Source: Thermodesulfobacteriota bacterium
Lineage (GTDB): Bacteria > Desulfobacterota_D > UBA1144 > Nemesobacterales > N074bin48
DNA: 33,284 nucleotides
NCBI GenBank assembly: GCA_041572575.1
Contig: JBFFSH010000025.1
Span: 1-33,284, forward strand
Direction: 5' to 3'
A program made the position numbers and the translations under genes. Shown one piece after another: positions 23,807 through 33,284 of the stretch. The notes beneath the pieces were generated by a model that was given only the letters and a program-made list of their open reading frames with translations, was not told where the DNA came from and searched no databases. Numbering within the stretch: position 1 is the first letter of the stretch; each line of letters starts with the position of its first letter.

Positions 23807-25369
23807 TTAAGTAGTGTTGTCTTTCTTTGTTTTTGGCTTCATTGTCTTAAATGCTACAAAACTACTAAGCAGTGCAAGCCCTGTTATTAAATACATAATC
23901 AAAATAAAACTCGAATTATAAGATTTATTAATAATTTGTTTTATTTGAGACCTTGTGTTTTCGTCCAGTTCATCTGAAATAGACATTGCTGCAAGTTTTG
24001 TTGTTTGATTTGCAATGGACTCTTTAATCTCTGCAGGTAAGGATGAAGTTTGAAGTTCTTTGTTAATATTTCCACTAAATGTAGTAAACATAAACAGTCC
24101 TAGTACTGCAATTGAGAGCACCCCTGCTATTCTTCCAACAGAGTTATTAATTCCCGAAGCTACTCCTGAATGTTCTACATTTGCTGCGTTCATTACTGCT
24201 GTTGTAAGTGGAGCAATAGTGGCTGACATACCAAGTCCCAAAACTATCATTGCCGGCAAAAATGAATTCCAGTAATTTGATATACTCATATCAATTTCAG
24301 TTAGCATTAAATATCCCACAGCTGAGATTATGGGTCCGATAACAAGAGGCGGTTTTGCGCCATATTTATCTACTATACTCCCCGACCACCTTGATAAAAG
24401 GAATAAAATTATTAACAGCGGCAAAAACGCTGCACCTGCCTGGGTGGCTGAATATCCCTGGATCTGGACTAAGTTGAATGGTACAAAAAATATAGCTCCG
24501 CTGAGGGCTGAATAAAGGAAAAAAGTTACGATATTGCCGCCTGTGAAGACTGTACTCTTAAACAGGTCAAGCGGAACTAGAGGGTTTTCTACTTTCTTTT
24601 CATGGTATATGAATACACCAAAGAATATAATCCCAATTATTATAGAGGGTAGAATGAATGGATTGCTAAACCCATGATTCGACGATTCAACAAGTCCAAA
24701 GACGATACATCCAAGTGAGAGTGTTATTAACAGCCCTCCTACAAGATCAAGTTTAGATTTTTGCTCAGTATTTTTTATTTCAGGCACAAATTTAATTAGT
24801 GTGATAATCACTAGAACTGAAATCGGGACATTAATAAAAAATACCCATCTCCAGGATATGTGTTCTGCAAGCCATCCCCCAAGCAGTGGTCCAAGTGCTG
24901 TCATGAGTGCTGTAAATGCTGCCCATGTGCCAATTGCTTTACCTCTTTTTTCCTGCCTGAAACTCGAAGTTATTATAGCAAGGCTTCCGGGCACTAAAAC
25001 AGCACTTCCTATACCCTGGAATGCCCTTGCGGCTATTAGTTGGTGAATATCGGGGGAAAGCCCACACCAAAGCGATGACAGAGAGAAGATAACTACTCCA
25101 ATAGCAAATATTTTTTTTCTTCCATAGTGGTCGCCAAGTGCGCCTCCAAGAAGAAGAAGTGATGCGAGAAACAGTGCATAAGATTCTATCACCCACTGAA
25201 CCTGTGAAATTTTTGCATTAAGCTCGAGCTGGAAAACAGGCAGTACCACATTCATTGCCGTACTGTCTATAAACGCCATGCTTGAACCAAGAATTGTGGC
25301 AACCAGTATCCATGTTTCAGTACTTATAAGTGGTTTAGTCTTGTAAGTGGGGATCGTTTTGCCGTTCAT
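23807..25369 (-). CDS. MFS efflux transporter, DHA2 (EmrB/QacA-like)
   Basis: DSTAMNVVLP, GALGDHYGRKK, ARAFQGIG, GPLLGG, WRWVFFINVP, GVASGINN. Confidence 0.93.
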   Translation of the reverse strand: MNGKTIPTYKTKPLISTETWILVATILGSSMAFIDSTAMNVVLPVFQLELNAKISQVQWVIESYALFLASLLLLGGALGDHYGRKKIFAIGVVIFSLSSLWCGLSPDIHQLIAARAFQGIGSAVLVPGSLAIITSSFRQEKRGKAIGTWAAFTALMTALGPLLGGWLAEHISWRWVFFINVPISVLVIITLIKFVPEIKNTEQKSKLDLVGGLLITLSLGCIVFGLVESSNHGFSNPFILPSIIIGIIFFGVFIYHEKKVENPLVPLDLFKSTVFTGGNIVTFFLYSALSGAIFFVPFNLVQIQGYSATQAGAAFLPLLIILFLLSRWSGSIVDKYGAKPPLVIGPIISAVGYLMLTEIDMSISNYWNSFLPAMIVLGLGMSATIAPLTTAVMNAANVEHSGVASGINNSVGRIAGVLSIAVLGLFMFTTFSGNINKELQTSSLPAEIKESIANQTTKLAAMSISDELDENTRSQIKQIINKSYNSSFILIMYLITGLALLSSFVAFKTMKPKTKKDNTT

Positions 25370-25534
25370 ATAAGTATTTAGATATTAAATAATGAGATTA
25401 GATTATTTGATTGGGAATTGAAAAATATTATAGTGTCTGGTCAGCAGCTCTCAGTACTGTATTTATTACTCATTTGATGATAAATGGATGAGATTTATTG
25501 TCAATTTGAGTTTTATATTAACCCCAAATCAATT

Positions 25535-26116
25535 TTAGTTTGAAAATTTCTTGATTATGGATCTGTAAGTTTCCAGGCTTTGAACACCGTGAATTCTAAA
25601 ATCGTTAAAGAGTATTGTGGGTACGCCTAGTACATCTGCATTTTCTGCCTGCACTTTATAGGTAGCTAAATTTTCTTCCATCTCTTTATTCTTAAGAGTG
25701 TTTTCAAGCAGATGTTTATCTATTCCTATAGTTTCTGCAATTTCCAGAATAATATTAATATCCCCAATGTTTTTTCGCTCAAGCATATAGGAGTCATAGC
25801 AGCTGTTGTGAAATTGAATGAACTTTCCCTCAGATTTTGCGTATTCTGCGGCCTGAAGGGCCATATTGGTGTTCGTTACAAATCCAGGAAGTTTAAATTT
25901 ACTTTCTTCCTCTTCCATAACTGAACTTAGCGATTCATTTACTCTTGCCATCTTGAGGCTTTTTTTCCTGAGTTTGCCATCTGGCGGATATTCAGGATGT
26001 ATTTCAAAGCCTTTCCATTCCAGCTCAATTCCATACTCATCTGCGATCTTTTGAATTCTTTTTGAGCCTATAAATGAAAACGGGCATATGTAATCATAAA
26101 ATACTGTAATGTTCAT
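25535..26116 (-). CDS. DsbA-family/FrnE-like oxidoreductase with a CxxS site
   Basis: FYDYICPFSFIG, FEIHPE, GVPT, GVQ. Confidence 0.88.
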   Translation of the reverse strand: MNITVFYDYICPFSFIGSKRIQKIADEYGIELEWKGFEIHPEYPPDGKLRKKSLKMARVNESLSSVMEEEESKFKLPGFVTNTNMALQAAEYAKSEGKFIQFHNSCYDSYMLERKNIGDINIILEIAETIGIDKHLLENTLKNKEMEENLATYKVQAENADVLGVPTILFNDFRIHGVQSLETYRSIIKKFSN

Positions 26117-26162
26117 GGCTAAATGTTAAAATAACTCTAAAATTACCTAATTCAAAATAAAT

Positions 26163-26507
26163 ATGAGTGTTCGAATAGTAGAAGAAGAGCTTGAAGCCAG
26201 GCTGGTACCTGTTGAAATGTCTGCATCACCATCCACACCTAAAGCAAAAGCAGAGAGCAAAGTATATGGAGATGGTAACAGGAGGTTTAAGCTTTCTATG
26301 GATAATTTAGATGTACCAAGAGGAGAGGATGTGGAATTTTATATAAACGGTGAATTGCTGTTAAGGATTCAAATCGATAAGGGTAAAGCAAAACTTGATT
26401 TGAGATCTGAAAATGGAGACTCAATTCCTGTGGTATCAGCAAACGATGTCGCCTATATTCGTTATAGTGATAATGTTTTAGTTAAAGGTATATTTTATGC
26501 AGATTAA
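26163..26507 (+). CDS. Hypothetical beta-rich protein
   Basis: 114-aa ORF with alternating strand patterns (VEFYING, AKLDLRS, VLVKGIF). Confidence 0.75.
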   Translation: MSVRIVEEELEARLVPVEMSASPSTPKAKAESKVYGDGNRRFKLSMDNLDVPRGEDVEFYINGELLLRIQIDKGKAKLDLRSENGDSIPVVSANDVAYIRYSDNVLVKGIFYAD

Positions 26508-26541
26508 TATTAGAAAATATTAATGCTTTTTAAATAATTGT

Positions 26542-27039
26542 ATGAACCAAAAAAACTCCGATAAAGAACATCCTGATAATGCCAATGTGATGGTATTCCC
26601 ACCCTTTATTTATCTAGGATTTTTTATAATGGGATATTTATTGCACTATTTTTTTAAAGTGTTAATAGTGAATCAAGCTAATCTAGCTTCTATCCTGGGT
26701 ATTATAGGTATAGCATTAATTATAGTTTCTATAATATTCCCTTTGTTGGCTATTAAAACTCTGGGAAAGTCTAAAACCACACATATGGTTTCAGAGCCAA
26801 CCACTGCAATTGTCAGCAGCGGTGTATTCAAGTATTCAAGAAATCCTATTTATCTATGTGGAATTACTTTGTATCTTGGCATCTCATTAATCATCAATTC
26901 CCTTTTGTTGCTAATATCGATATTTCCACTTTTTTATGCAATAAGAGAAGGGCTGGTTAAAAGAGAAGAGCAATATCTTGAAAGGAAATTTGGGCAGGAA
27001 TACCTAAACTATAAAGAACGGGTAAGGAGATGGATATAG
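26542..27039 (+). CDS. Isoprenylcysteine carboxyl methyltransferase (ICMT/PEMT) family membrane protein
   Basis: GVFKYSRNPIYL, REEQYLERKFGQEYLNYKERVRRWI. Confidence 0.92.
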   Translation: MNQKNSDKEHPDNANVMVFPPFIYLGFFIMGYLLHYFFKVLIVNQANLASILGIIGIALIIVSIIFPLLAIKTLGKSKTTHMVSEPTTAIVSSGVFKYSRNPIYLCGITLYLGISLIINSLLLLISIFPLFYAIREGLVKREEQYLERKFGQEYLNYKERVRRWI

Positions 27040-27045
27040 GCTGAA

Positions 27046-27480
27046 ATGTGGTTTATATATCTAATATATCCCGTTGGACTATTTGCACTTGCTCTGGTTC
27101 TAATATTGTGTAAATATTTCTACAACGTATTATCAAATAATTCTCAAATCCTGGAAATAAGCAGCAGTTCAAAAGCCAAATTCTATTTTTATTCAGCAAT
27201 CAATTTAATAGTAATGATTGTTTGGATTTTATTTGCAGTGGAGAGCTCACCACTTAAAAACCGGGTATCTGATTATGGAGCTCCTTATGGCGGGTTAGCC
27301 CTCTTATTGATAATTCCTGTAAGTCTAGTAATTTCTACCTATATCAACACAAAAACGGCCAATAAGAATCTTGAGTATTATCGCTACATTGCAGTATCAA
27401 AACTGCTCTGGCTCATTTCATTAATACCCGGAATAATAGTAGTTTTATTTTATGGGCTTTATATGTTTTCAGGCAAGTAA
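27046..27480 (+). CDS. Hypothetical 4-TM membrane protein
   Basis: Four hydrophobic segments; starts 6 nt after the ICMT gene. Confidence 0.7.
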   Translation: MWFIYLIYPVGLFALALVLILCKYFYNVLSNNSQILEISSSSKAKFYFYSAINLIVMIVWILFAVESSPLKNRVSDYGAPYGGLALLLIIPVSLVISTYINTKTANKNLEYYRYIAVSKLLWLISLIPGIIVVLFYGLYMFSGK

Positions 27481-27544
27481 AGTCATATTTTACTACAACA
27501 ATAATTCACCTTTACTAATTCACACACAAACCAAATAAGACCTA

Positions 27545-27572
27545 TTGACTAATAATACAAAAGTATTACAAT
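27545..27572 (+). promoter_or_regulatory. Sigma-70 promoter with an internal palindrome
   Basis: TTGACT-N16-TACAAT; TAATAC-AAAA-GTATTA (27553-27568) spans the spacer. Confidence 0.55.
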
Positions 27573-27602
27573 TTAGTGCATGTCAATTTCGTAGGGGTGA
27601 AG

Positions 27603-30122
27603 ATGAAAAAGCAAAACATATTTTTCTTAGTGTTCGGTCTATTTCTTTTTCTTGCTCAAGGAGCATTAGCACAGGATTTTTATGTATCAACCACAGGGAG
27701 TGACTCTACTGGTGACGGCTCACTTGGTAATCCCTGGGCCACAATTACAAATGCATTGGATAATGCCCCCGATGACGGCAGTGTAATTTTGGTACAACCG
27801 GGGATATATAACGGGCGAATCAGACTAAGAGGGACATTTACAAATGGTATTACAGTCAAGTCACAAACTCCCTATCAAGCAAAACTAAGACACACTTCAA
27901 CTGTTATCACATGTTATACGGGTAAGGGAATTACTCTTGAAGGATTTGATATAGCACATACCGGCTCAGGTGCAGGTGCGCTTGTAATTCAGATACAGGA
28001 TTTAATAGGAGATCCTGGAGGAACGGATTTTGTAAGCGATATTACTATCAAAGATAATATTATTCATGACAGCTTTAATAATGATCTCCTGAAAATTAAT
28101 AATGGTGCCGGCAACATTACGGTTGAAGGTAACATGTTTTACAACCAAGCCGGAAGTGATGAACATATCGATATCAACAGTGTCACAAATGTAATTGTCC
28201 AGGACAATGTATTCTTTAATGACTTTGAAGGAAGCGGCAGGCTAAACGGTAACAACACAAGCAGTTATATAGTAATTAAAGACAGTAATGATAACAGCGA
28301 TGGGATACTTGGAAGTCAGAATATAACGGTAAGAAGGAATGTGTTCTTAAACTGGCAGGGATCTACCGCAAGCAATTTTGTATTGGTTGGTGAAGACGGA
28401 AAGGATTATTTTGAGGCGCAAAATGTATTAGTTGAAAATAACCTTATGCTAGGTAATTCATCAAATGTCATGAGGGCATCGGTTGGCGTAAAAGGATCAG
28501 AGGGTATCACTTTTAGAAATAACTCTGTAGTAGGAAATCTGCCTTCACTTGCTTATGCCATGCGTTTAAACACTGAGGGACTTAACAATCCAAATGAAAA
28601 TGTGCATTTTTTCAATAACCTGTGGTCTGATCCAACCGGGACAATGGGTGCTGGAAATTCAGGTAGCAACGACTTTTCTGATACTCCTGTAGGTGAGACC
28701 CTGTCGTTCATATTAGAAAATAATCTTTATTATAATGGAGCTAATCCTATCCCCTCTGATACAAATGAACTAGTTAATTACACAGATGATCCGGTTTCTG
28801 TTATAGGCGATCCGGTATTATCATCACAGGCAGGAATTGTTTTACCAAGATGGAATGAAACTACAGGCAGTTTTAATGACGGTTCATCTAACATAAGACA
28901 GGCGTTTGAGAATCTGGTTAATCTATATGGAGTACCAGGTACAGGTAGTGTTGCGATAGATGGTGCCGATCCCGCTAATGCTCCCGTTGAAGACATATTG
29001 AAAAATTTTCGTACAGATGGATTTCCCGATATAGGCGCTGTTGAAGTTGTAAGCACTGGACCTACACCTACTCCCAGCCCTACACCTATTAGCCCAACCC
29101 CAACACCCGATCCTACACCGACTCCTACGCCGGAACTTACTCCAACTCCAACACCTGAACCCACTCCTACTCCAACTCCTACACCTGAACCGACTCCAAC
29201 ACCCACACCGACTCCTCAACCGACTTCTACACCAACTCCAACACCTGAACCAACACCAACACCAACTCCAGAACCTACGCCAACACCACCTCCGTCCTTT
29301 ATCGATAAGACAGCAAGCTCTCAGAATTTAATCTCCGGCACTGTATTATCAGGATCTTTATCTGATACATTTTCAAATAATGGATTAGATGAAGTACTGA
29401 GAGAAAACATAAATGGTGGAAAAAAGAGTGACAGAATAAGCTTTATAGAAAAAGAGTTTATATTCGATTCCACTGGAGGTACCGTAGTTTCTTTTCATGT
29501 AAACGCTTTTTATTCTAATAACCAGTCTGATCAAAACGGAGATGATGAAAAATTTATATTCCAGTATTTTAATACTGACACGTCAACCTGGGTGAATATG
29601 ATTGATGTATCTACTGCTGATAATATTGATGATAATGTTTATCATATATTTTCTGGTCTACCTACAGATGCCGGGCAGATAATAGTGCGAGTAGTGAGTG
29701 AGTTTCAGAATTTGCAGGGCAATAACGGTAGGGATGAACTATCAATTGATCATATGTTCATTAGATGCGGAAGTGATGGCAGTCCAACGCCAACACCAAC
29801 TCCTCAGCCAACTACCACTCCTACACCAACTCCAACTCCAACTCCAACTCCACCATCTGGTGATATCACACTTATGACAGATGGGTTTAAAGATAAAGGG
29901 GAACAGAAAGTAAGTCTGGACTGGTCTCCATCAGGTACATCACCAGAAGTTACAGTTACAAGGACCAAAATTTCAGGTAAAGGTACGAGTGCAACATTCA
30001 ATACTGCAAATGACGGTACTCACCTAGACGACATGACCACAAAAGGCGGCAGTGAATACGACTATCAGGTCTGCGAAGCTGGAACTTCTACCTGTTCAAA
30101 TGTTTCGAGGGTGGTGTTTTGA
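27603..30122 (+). CDS. Secreted right-handed beta-helix (pectin lyase-like) protein with PT linkers and two accessory C-terminal domains (start corrected to ATG 27603)
   Basis: Signal peptide ending [26 protein letters not shown] (DUF1565-like); repeated ITxxxNxF rungs; AIDG...PDIGAVE; FN3-like end [23 protein letters not shown]. Confidence 0.88.
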   Translation: MKKQNIFFLVFGLFLFLAQGALAQDFYVSTTGSDSTGDGSLGNPWATITNALDNAPDDGSVILVQPGIYNGRIRLRGTFTNGITVKSQTPYQAKLRHTSTVITCYTGKGITLEGFDIAHTGSGAGALVIQIQDLIGDPGGTDFVSDITIKDNIIHDSFNNDLLKINNGAGNITVEGNMFYNQAGSDEHIDINSVTNVIVQDNVFFNDFEGSGRLNGNNTSSYIVIKDSNDNSDGILGSQNITVRRNVFLNWQGSTASNFVLVGEDGKDYFEAQNVLVENNLMLGNSSNVMRASVGVKGSEGITFRNNSVVGNLPSLAYAMRLNTEGLNNPNENVHFFNNLWSDPTGTMGAGNSGSNDFSDTPVGETLSFILENNLYYNGANPIPSDTNELVNYTDDPVSVIGDPVLSSQAGIVLPRWNETTGSFNDGSSNIRQAFENLVNLYGVPGTGSVAIDGADPANAPVEDILKNFRTDGFPDIGAVEVVSTGPTPTPSPTPISPTPTPDPTPTPTPELTPTPTPEPTPTPTPTPEPTPTPTPTPQPTSTPTPTPEPTPTPTPEPTPTPPPSFIDKTASSQNLISGTVLSGSLSDTFSNNGLDEVLRENINGGKKSDRISFIEKEFIFDSTGGTVVSFHVNAFYSNNQSDQNGDDEKFIFQYFNTDTSTWVNMIDVSTADNIDDNVYHIFSGLPTDAGQIIVRVVSEFQNLQGNNGRDELSIDHMFIRCGSDGSPTPTPTPQPTTTPTPTPTPTPTPPSGDITLMTDGFKDKGEQKVSLDWSPSGTSPEVTVTRTKISGKGTSATFNTANDGTHLDDMTTKGGSEYDYQVCEAGTSTCSNVSRVVF
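29061..29294 (+). repeat. Pro-Thr linker repeat (78 aa)
   Basis: Degenerate CCN-ACN hexamer repeats encoding (PT)n punctuated by PE/PQ/PD. Confidence 0.95.
29784..29855 (+). repeat. Second Pro-Thr linker repeat (24 aa)
   Basis: CCAACT tandem hexamers. Confidence 0.92.
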
Positions 30123-30156
30123 TGATGTGTCTATATTAAGTAGTATCAGGGTGTCA

Positions 30157-30567
30157 TTACTGTTCTTTTAGAAGCGAATTAGCAAACCAGTCTTTTAATC
30201 CACGACGTATTAGGAAGACTGTCACCGAGACGATAACAAGTACAAATGTAATGAAAACTACTGAATCATCGGTATCTAATAAAGCGCTTGGGCTCCCTCC
30301 GGTTAAGATTCTTATAATATCTGCGATTAACAAATAAAAGTATTGTATTGAGGCAACGAAGTATATCAGTAGTAAAAGACACCAAATAAACATTCTGGGT
30401 TTAAAGAACTGAACTACGGCTATAATAGCAGGGACTAAATAGAACCAGAATGCTCCATGCTCCCATCCGAACAGCCCGACTAGAATAAATGGAATTGCTG
30501 CAACCAGATAAATCAAAGAGCGTGACCTGCCTGGAGTTGTAAAAAGCTTATGTAATATTTTGGTCAT
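30157..30567 (-). CDS. Hypothetical membrane protein
   Basis: About 4 hydrophobic segments; ATGA overlap with the upstream gene. Confidence 0.72.
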   Translation of the reverse strand: MTKILHKLFTTPGRSRSLIYLVAAIPFILVGLFGWEHGAFWFYLVPAIIAVVQFFKPRMFIWCLLLLIYFVASIQYFYLLIADIIRILTGGSPSALLDTDDSVVFITFVLVIVSVTVFLIRRGLKDWFANSLLKEQ

Positions 30568-30848
30568 GTATTTATTATCTCTCCCTCTGGAGACATAATA
30601 AAACTCTTTAATAATGGATCATAATCGGACTGTGCCATATCATCAATTGATCCCAGCACTCTAATATCTCCACCCTGTTTAGTATCCCAATAGGCTATAA
30701 TTTCGATTTGATATTCAGTACCTGATTCTGCTTTTATTTCATTCATTACAGGCGATTCTCCGACCATTTCTTCAAGTTCTGAGTATGGTTTAGATTTAAA
30801 ACTCTCTAATACTTCATTTATTATCTTAATTGCTTCTTTTTTGTTCAT
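30564..30848 (-). CDS. Small conserved-looking hypothetical protein
   Basis: YSEL...YQIEIIAYWD...GGDIRVLGSIDD...PL..SFIMSPEG resembles a family of small unannotated proteins (from recall, not searched). Confidence 0.75.
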   Translation of the reverse strand: MNKKEAIKIINEVLESFKSKPYSELEEMVGESPVMNEIKAESGTEYQIEIIAYWDTKQGGDIRVLGSIDDMAQSDYDPLLKSFIMSPEGEIINT

Positions 30849-30945
30849 TTATTGCCGTTAAGTTCTATTTTTATATGTTATTTTTAATCTAAAATTATAA
30901 CTGTTTTTATGGTACTTGTGATTTTATTCATTAATATTTTATATA

Positions 30946-31335
30946 ATGCTTAAAACTTATTCTCTTCTTTGGCTGGGGCTTTTAGCATTAGCATTTATTA
31001 ATGCAGCAATTAGAGAGCTTGGATATAAGGAGTTTGTTTCTGAACTCTCGGCTCATCAGATTTCAACTGTTACGGGATGCATATTTGCTACTATTTTCAC
31101 ATGCTTTGTAACTAGAATCTGGCACATAAACTCATATTCCGATTCTATTAAGATAGGTATCATTTGGGTGGTTCTTACATTTACATTTGAAACCACAATG
31201 GTACTGGTGTTCATGAAGAAAGATGTTGCATTTCTTCTAAGTAGTTACAATATTCTAGAAGGTCAGCTATGGCCTGTATTTCTTTTGTGGATGGGTTTGT
31301 TGCCTGTAATATTTAAAAATCAATATACGGATTAG
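30946..31335 (+). CDS. Hypothetical 4-TM membrane protein
   Basis: NAAIRE...AHQIST...IGIIW..LT..FE...YNILEGQLW pattern; hydrophobic segments. Confidence 0.78.
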   Translation: MLKTYSLLWLGLLALAFINAAIRELGYKEFVSELSAHQISTVTGCIFATIFTCFVTRIWHINSYSDSIKIGIIWVVLTFTFETTMVLVFMKKDVAFLLSSYNILEGQLWPVFLLWMGLLPVIFKNQYTD

Positions 31336-31367
31336 TTCTCTTGAAGGGTGTGTTTAAAAATATCATT

Positions 31368-33143
31368 TTAGTGTTTGCTCAAACTTCTGTAAATGTCAGT
31401 ATCATTAGTCCAGTATTTATCATATTCGAACGTTGTTTGACAACTATCATCATAGGAATTGATGAGTATGGAATCGCTATAATAAGGGAGCGTCGAATTT
31501 TTGAATAAACTAATTACCGCACATTTATTTTCAGCTGTCACCTGGCCGGGTAAATAACCTGATTTGTCGGTATTTTTACCTTTCATAAATGTTTTTGCCG
31601 ATAACCACTTACCCACATTATTCTCAGTATCGTAGCATACATCTAAAATAATATGGTTGTTATATTCTTTTTTAATATAAGCGCTTTTTATTTCAAGATC
31701 ATTATCGCAATTGGATCTTTGCAAAATATGTTTCTTAAGATTTCTTTGTTCAGTACTGATTAAGATGCTTTGAGATATCGGCTGTGGTTCGGGTTCAATG
31801 TTAAGTGATGATAATGCCGGCGCTAAAACAATACGTGCCCCAAGAAAATAGGTTTTGTGTGTCGGATGCTGGCATCCACTTCTCCATCCGAAGCTTTCTA
31901 CCTGTTTGTTTGAATAGTAATTCCCGCCTCTAAAGTTTACTTGCGTTAACGATCCTACAGGGTTTATTCTAATTTTTGTTGGATCGCTGTATTTAATATC
32001 TTCAGACGTAGGCCAGCAGTCTTGAGTGATCTCATTTACGTTTCCAAGCATATCAAAAATACCCCAGGGGTTTAGTTTTTTAGAAGCTACATTTTGTATT
32101 GAATCATGGCTGCCGTTATACCATGCGGTTTCATCCAAATACTCTTTGCGAGGCTTATTCATTCCAGCCCTTGCCGCGTATTCCCACTCTCCCTCTGTTG
32201 GAAGTCTGAATATGTAATTTGAGTTTTGAATAAAATTACTTTTATTGCCTGAGGAGTTAAATTCATAAAGTTTTCTAGCAAAGTCCAATGCATTATTCTG
32301 AGAAATATTGTTAACGGGGAAGCGTTTTAAAACATAAGATTTCACTCCTTTGTTCATTGATGGATTTCTAAACATTATATGTTCCCACTGATTCTGAGTG
32401 ATTTCAGTTTTTGATATGAAAAAACCATATGTGAGTTTGACTAGCCTATAAGGGCTCTTTTTTTTAAGGTTGTCTCCATAAACATAGTAATCCAATCCAC
32501 CACTAAGATCCTTCCATTGCGTGGATGTAGTAGGGGGTATCCAGACAAATTCTATTTTGGTATTGTCGCTAATTGATAACTCGAAAATATTATCTTTCAA
32601 ACCGCTTATACCGTTTTTATTGTAATCTTCATTATTACTAAATGTTAAAATTTGTTCAGAGGGTAATATTGTTGAGGTATTTTTATCAACCAGTTTAGGA
32701 AAATTAATTGTATATTTATCTGCATGTCTGTGTTCAGTTTTCTTTCCTTTTATGACGTCAGCTCCATTTGTCCAGAATTTCTTATATTCGAACATTGCTT
32801 CACATTTAAAGTCATTAGTCTTGATGAGTATGGCATCACTGCTGTAGGCATATAAGGAACTTTTGCCAAGACGAATTGATGTACATCCTTTGCCGGGCTT
32901 GATGATCCCGGGCCAGTATTTCCATTTGCCCGTATTATTACCATCTTTATACGTTATAGCTGCTATGCTTAGCGGTGGTTTTCCGTTGTATTCATAACAA
33001 ACATCAAAGAAAATCAATCTGTCGGTTTCATTAAATATGTAAGCATTATTTATTTTTAAATTATTGTCACAGTCTGGTTTCGATATCATTTTTAGCGGCT
33101 GTTTTTCTTCATTGTTTAATATGCTCCTGGGGTTATGTTTTAT
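31368..33143 (-). pseudogene. FGE/SUMF1 (C-type lectin-like fold) domain protein flanked by two copies of a 102-aa domain; probably 5'-truncated by an IS (track ORF 31368..33089)
   Basis: KTEITQNQW, FPVNNIS, FRLPTEGEWEYAARAG, NPWGIFDMLGNVNE, RGG, GARIV. The frame stays open from the IS end (33143) to ATG 33089; no signal peptide remains. Confidence 0.75.
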
Positions 33144-33284
33144 GGCATAATTGCAAAAAATGTGTGCTAATTTGAGTCAGATTTGCTTTAAAAAGGTGTA
33201 CCATTTGAAGTAATTAATTCTCTTGTGTTTAGCCAGTCCTCTATGGTTTCTGTAAGCCCATTTCACTCTAGAGAAGTACCCTTC
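33144..33284 (-). mobile_element. 3' end of an IS256/IS1249-like insertion sequence: transposase C-terminus (33177..33284) plus terminal inverted repeat (about 33144..33168); truncated by the window end
   Basis: Minus frame reads EGYFSRVKWAYRNHRGLAKHKRINYFKWYTFLKQI*, matching the E-G-x-F-S-x-x-K...H-R-G-L pattern that follows TTN in IS256-variant transposases. Terminus GGCATAATTGCAAAAAATGTGTG resembles the ends of that group. Confidence 0.72.

Noticed and set aside
29061..29294. CRISPR-like or non-coding tandem repeat
   Set aside because: It is an in-frame Pro-Thr linker with varying third positions and no repeat-spacer structure.
28778..30001. Antisense GV-rich and RC/RS-rich ORFs (28778-29206, 28923-29219, 29804-30001)
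   Set aside because: Shadows of the PT repeats on the opposite strand.
26163..31335. Integron cassette array of short unrelated ORFs
   Set aside because: Mixed orientations, no attC-like RYYYAAC...GTTRRRY structures and no integrase.
31827..31940. Diversity-generating retroelement variable region at the end of the FGE/CLec domain
   Set aside because: I found no reverse transcriptase and no template repeat differing at adenines in the window. A remote DGR cannot be excluded without a genome search.
174..32944. Other short overlapping ORFs in the track (e.g. 174-437, 2354-2677, 5656-6039, 8679-9188, 17114-17500, 19741-20043, 32750-32944)
   Set aside because: They overlap well-supported genes and show no motifs or translation signals.
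33092..33128. Minus-strand mini-ORF MKKNSR* with AGGAG upstream, ending just before ATG 33089
   Set aside because: It lies within sequence better explained as the interrupted gene's own coding frame, and the SD spacing is long.
1..33284. Whole window as a composite transposon between two inward-pointing IS ends
   Set aside because: The two ends belong to different IS families with unrelated termini, and the cargo is housekeeping. Assembly breaks at repeats explain it more simply.

Overview
AT-rich bacterial chromosomal segment with about 35 mostly housekeeping and accessory genes. The gene content (DUF4388-type kinase, sigma-54 sites, PilT pair) suggests a Desulfobacterota/Dadabacteria-like lineage; this is inference only. 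Both ends run into the 3' ends of insertion sequences that the ORF track missed: an IS1595/IS1016-like element on the left and an IS256/IS1249-like element on the right. The right-hand IS appears to have removed the 5' end of an FGE-fold gene that carries a duplicated 102-aa, 4-Cys domain I cannot assign. Other notable content: (1) a cytoplasmic FHA-FHA / PP2C / Ser-Thr kinase operon, whose kinase has a DUF4388-like domain with MshEN-like motifs and a duplicated Thr-motif tail; (2) two tandem true PilT paralogues, one behind a full sigma-54 promoter with enhancer-like and IHF-like sites, converging on a pseudo-receiver-PilZ gene; (3) a frameshifted AEC transporter with an ATT start; (4) a CxxS DsbA/FrnE protein; (5) an acyl-CoA ligase with deviant motifs and a long leader hairpin; (6) a folM-folB-folK operon, VKOR-Trx, fabH and a secreted beta-helix protein with PT linkers. 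I found no rRNA, tRNA, CRISPR array, integron or reverse transcriptase. The best candidate for an undescribed system is a possible c-di-GMP / phospho-Thr / sigma-54 control layer on type IV pilus retraction. That link is a hypothesis and cannot be shown from the sequence.
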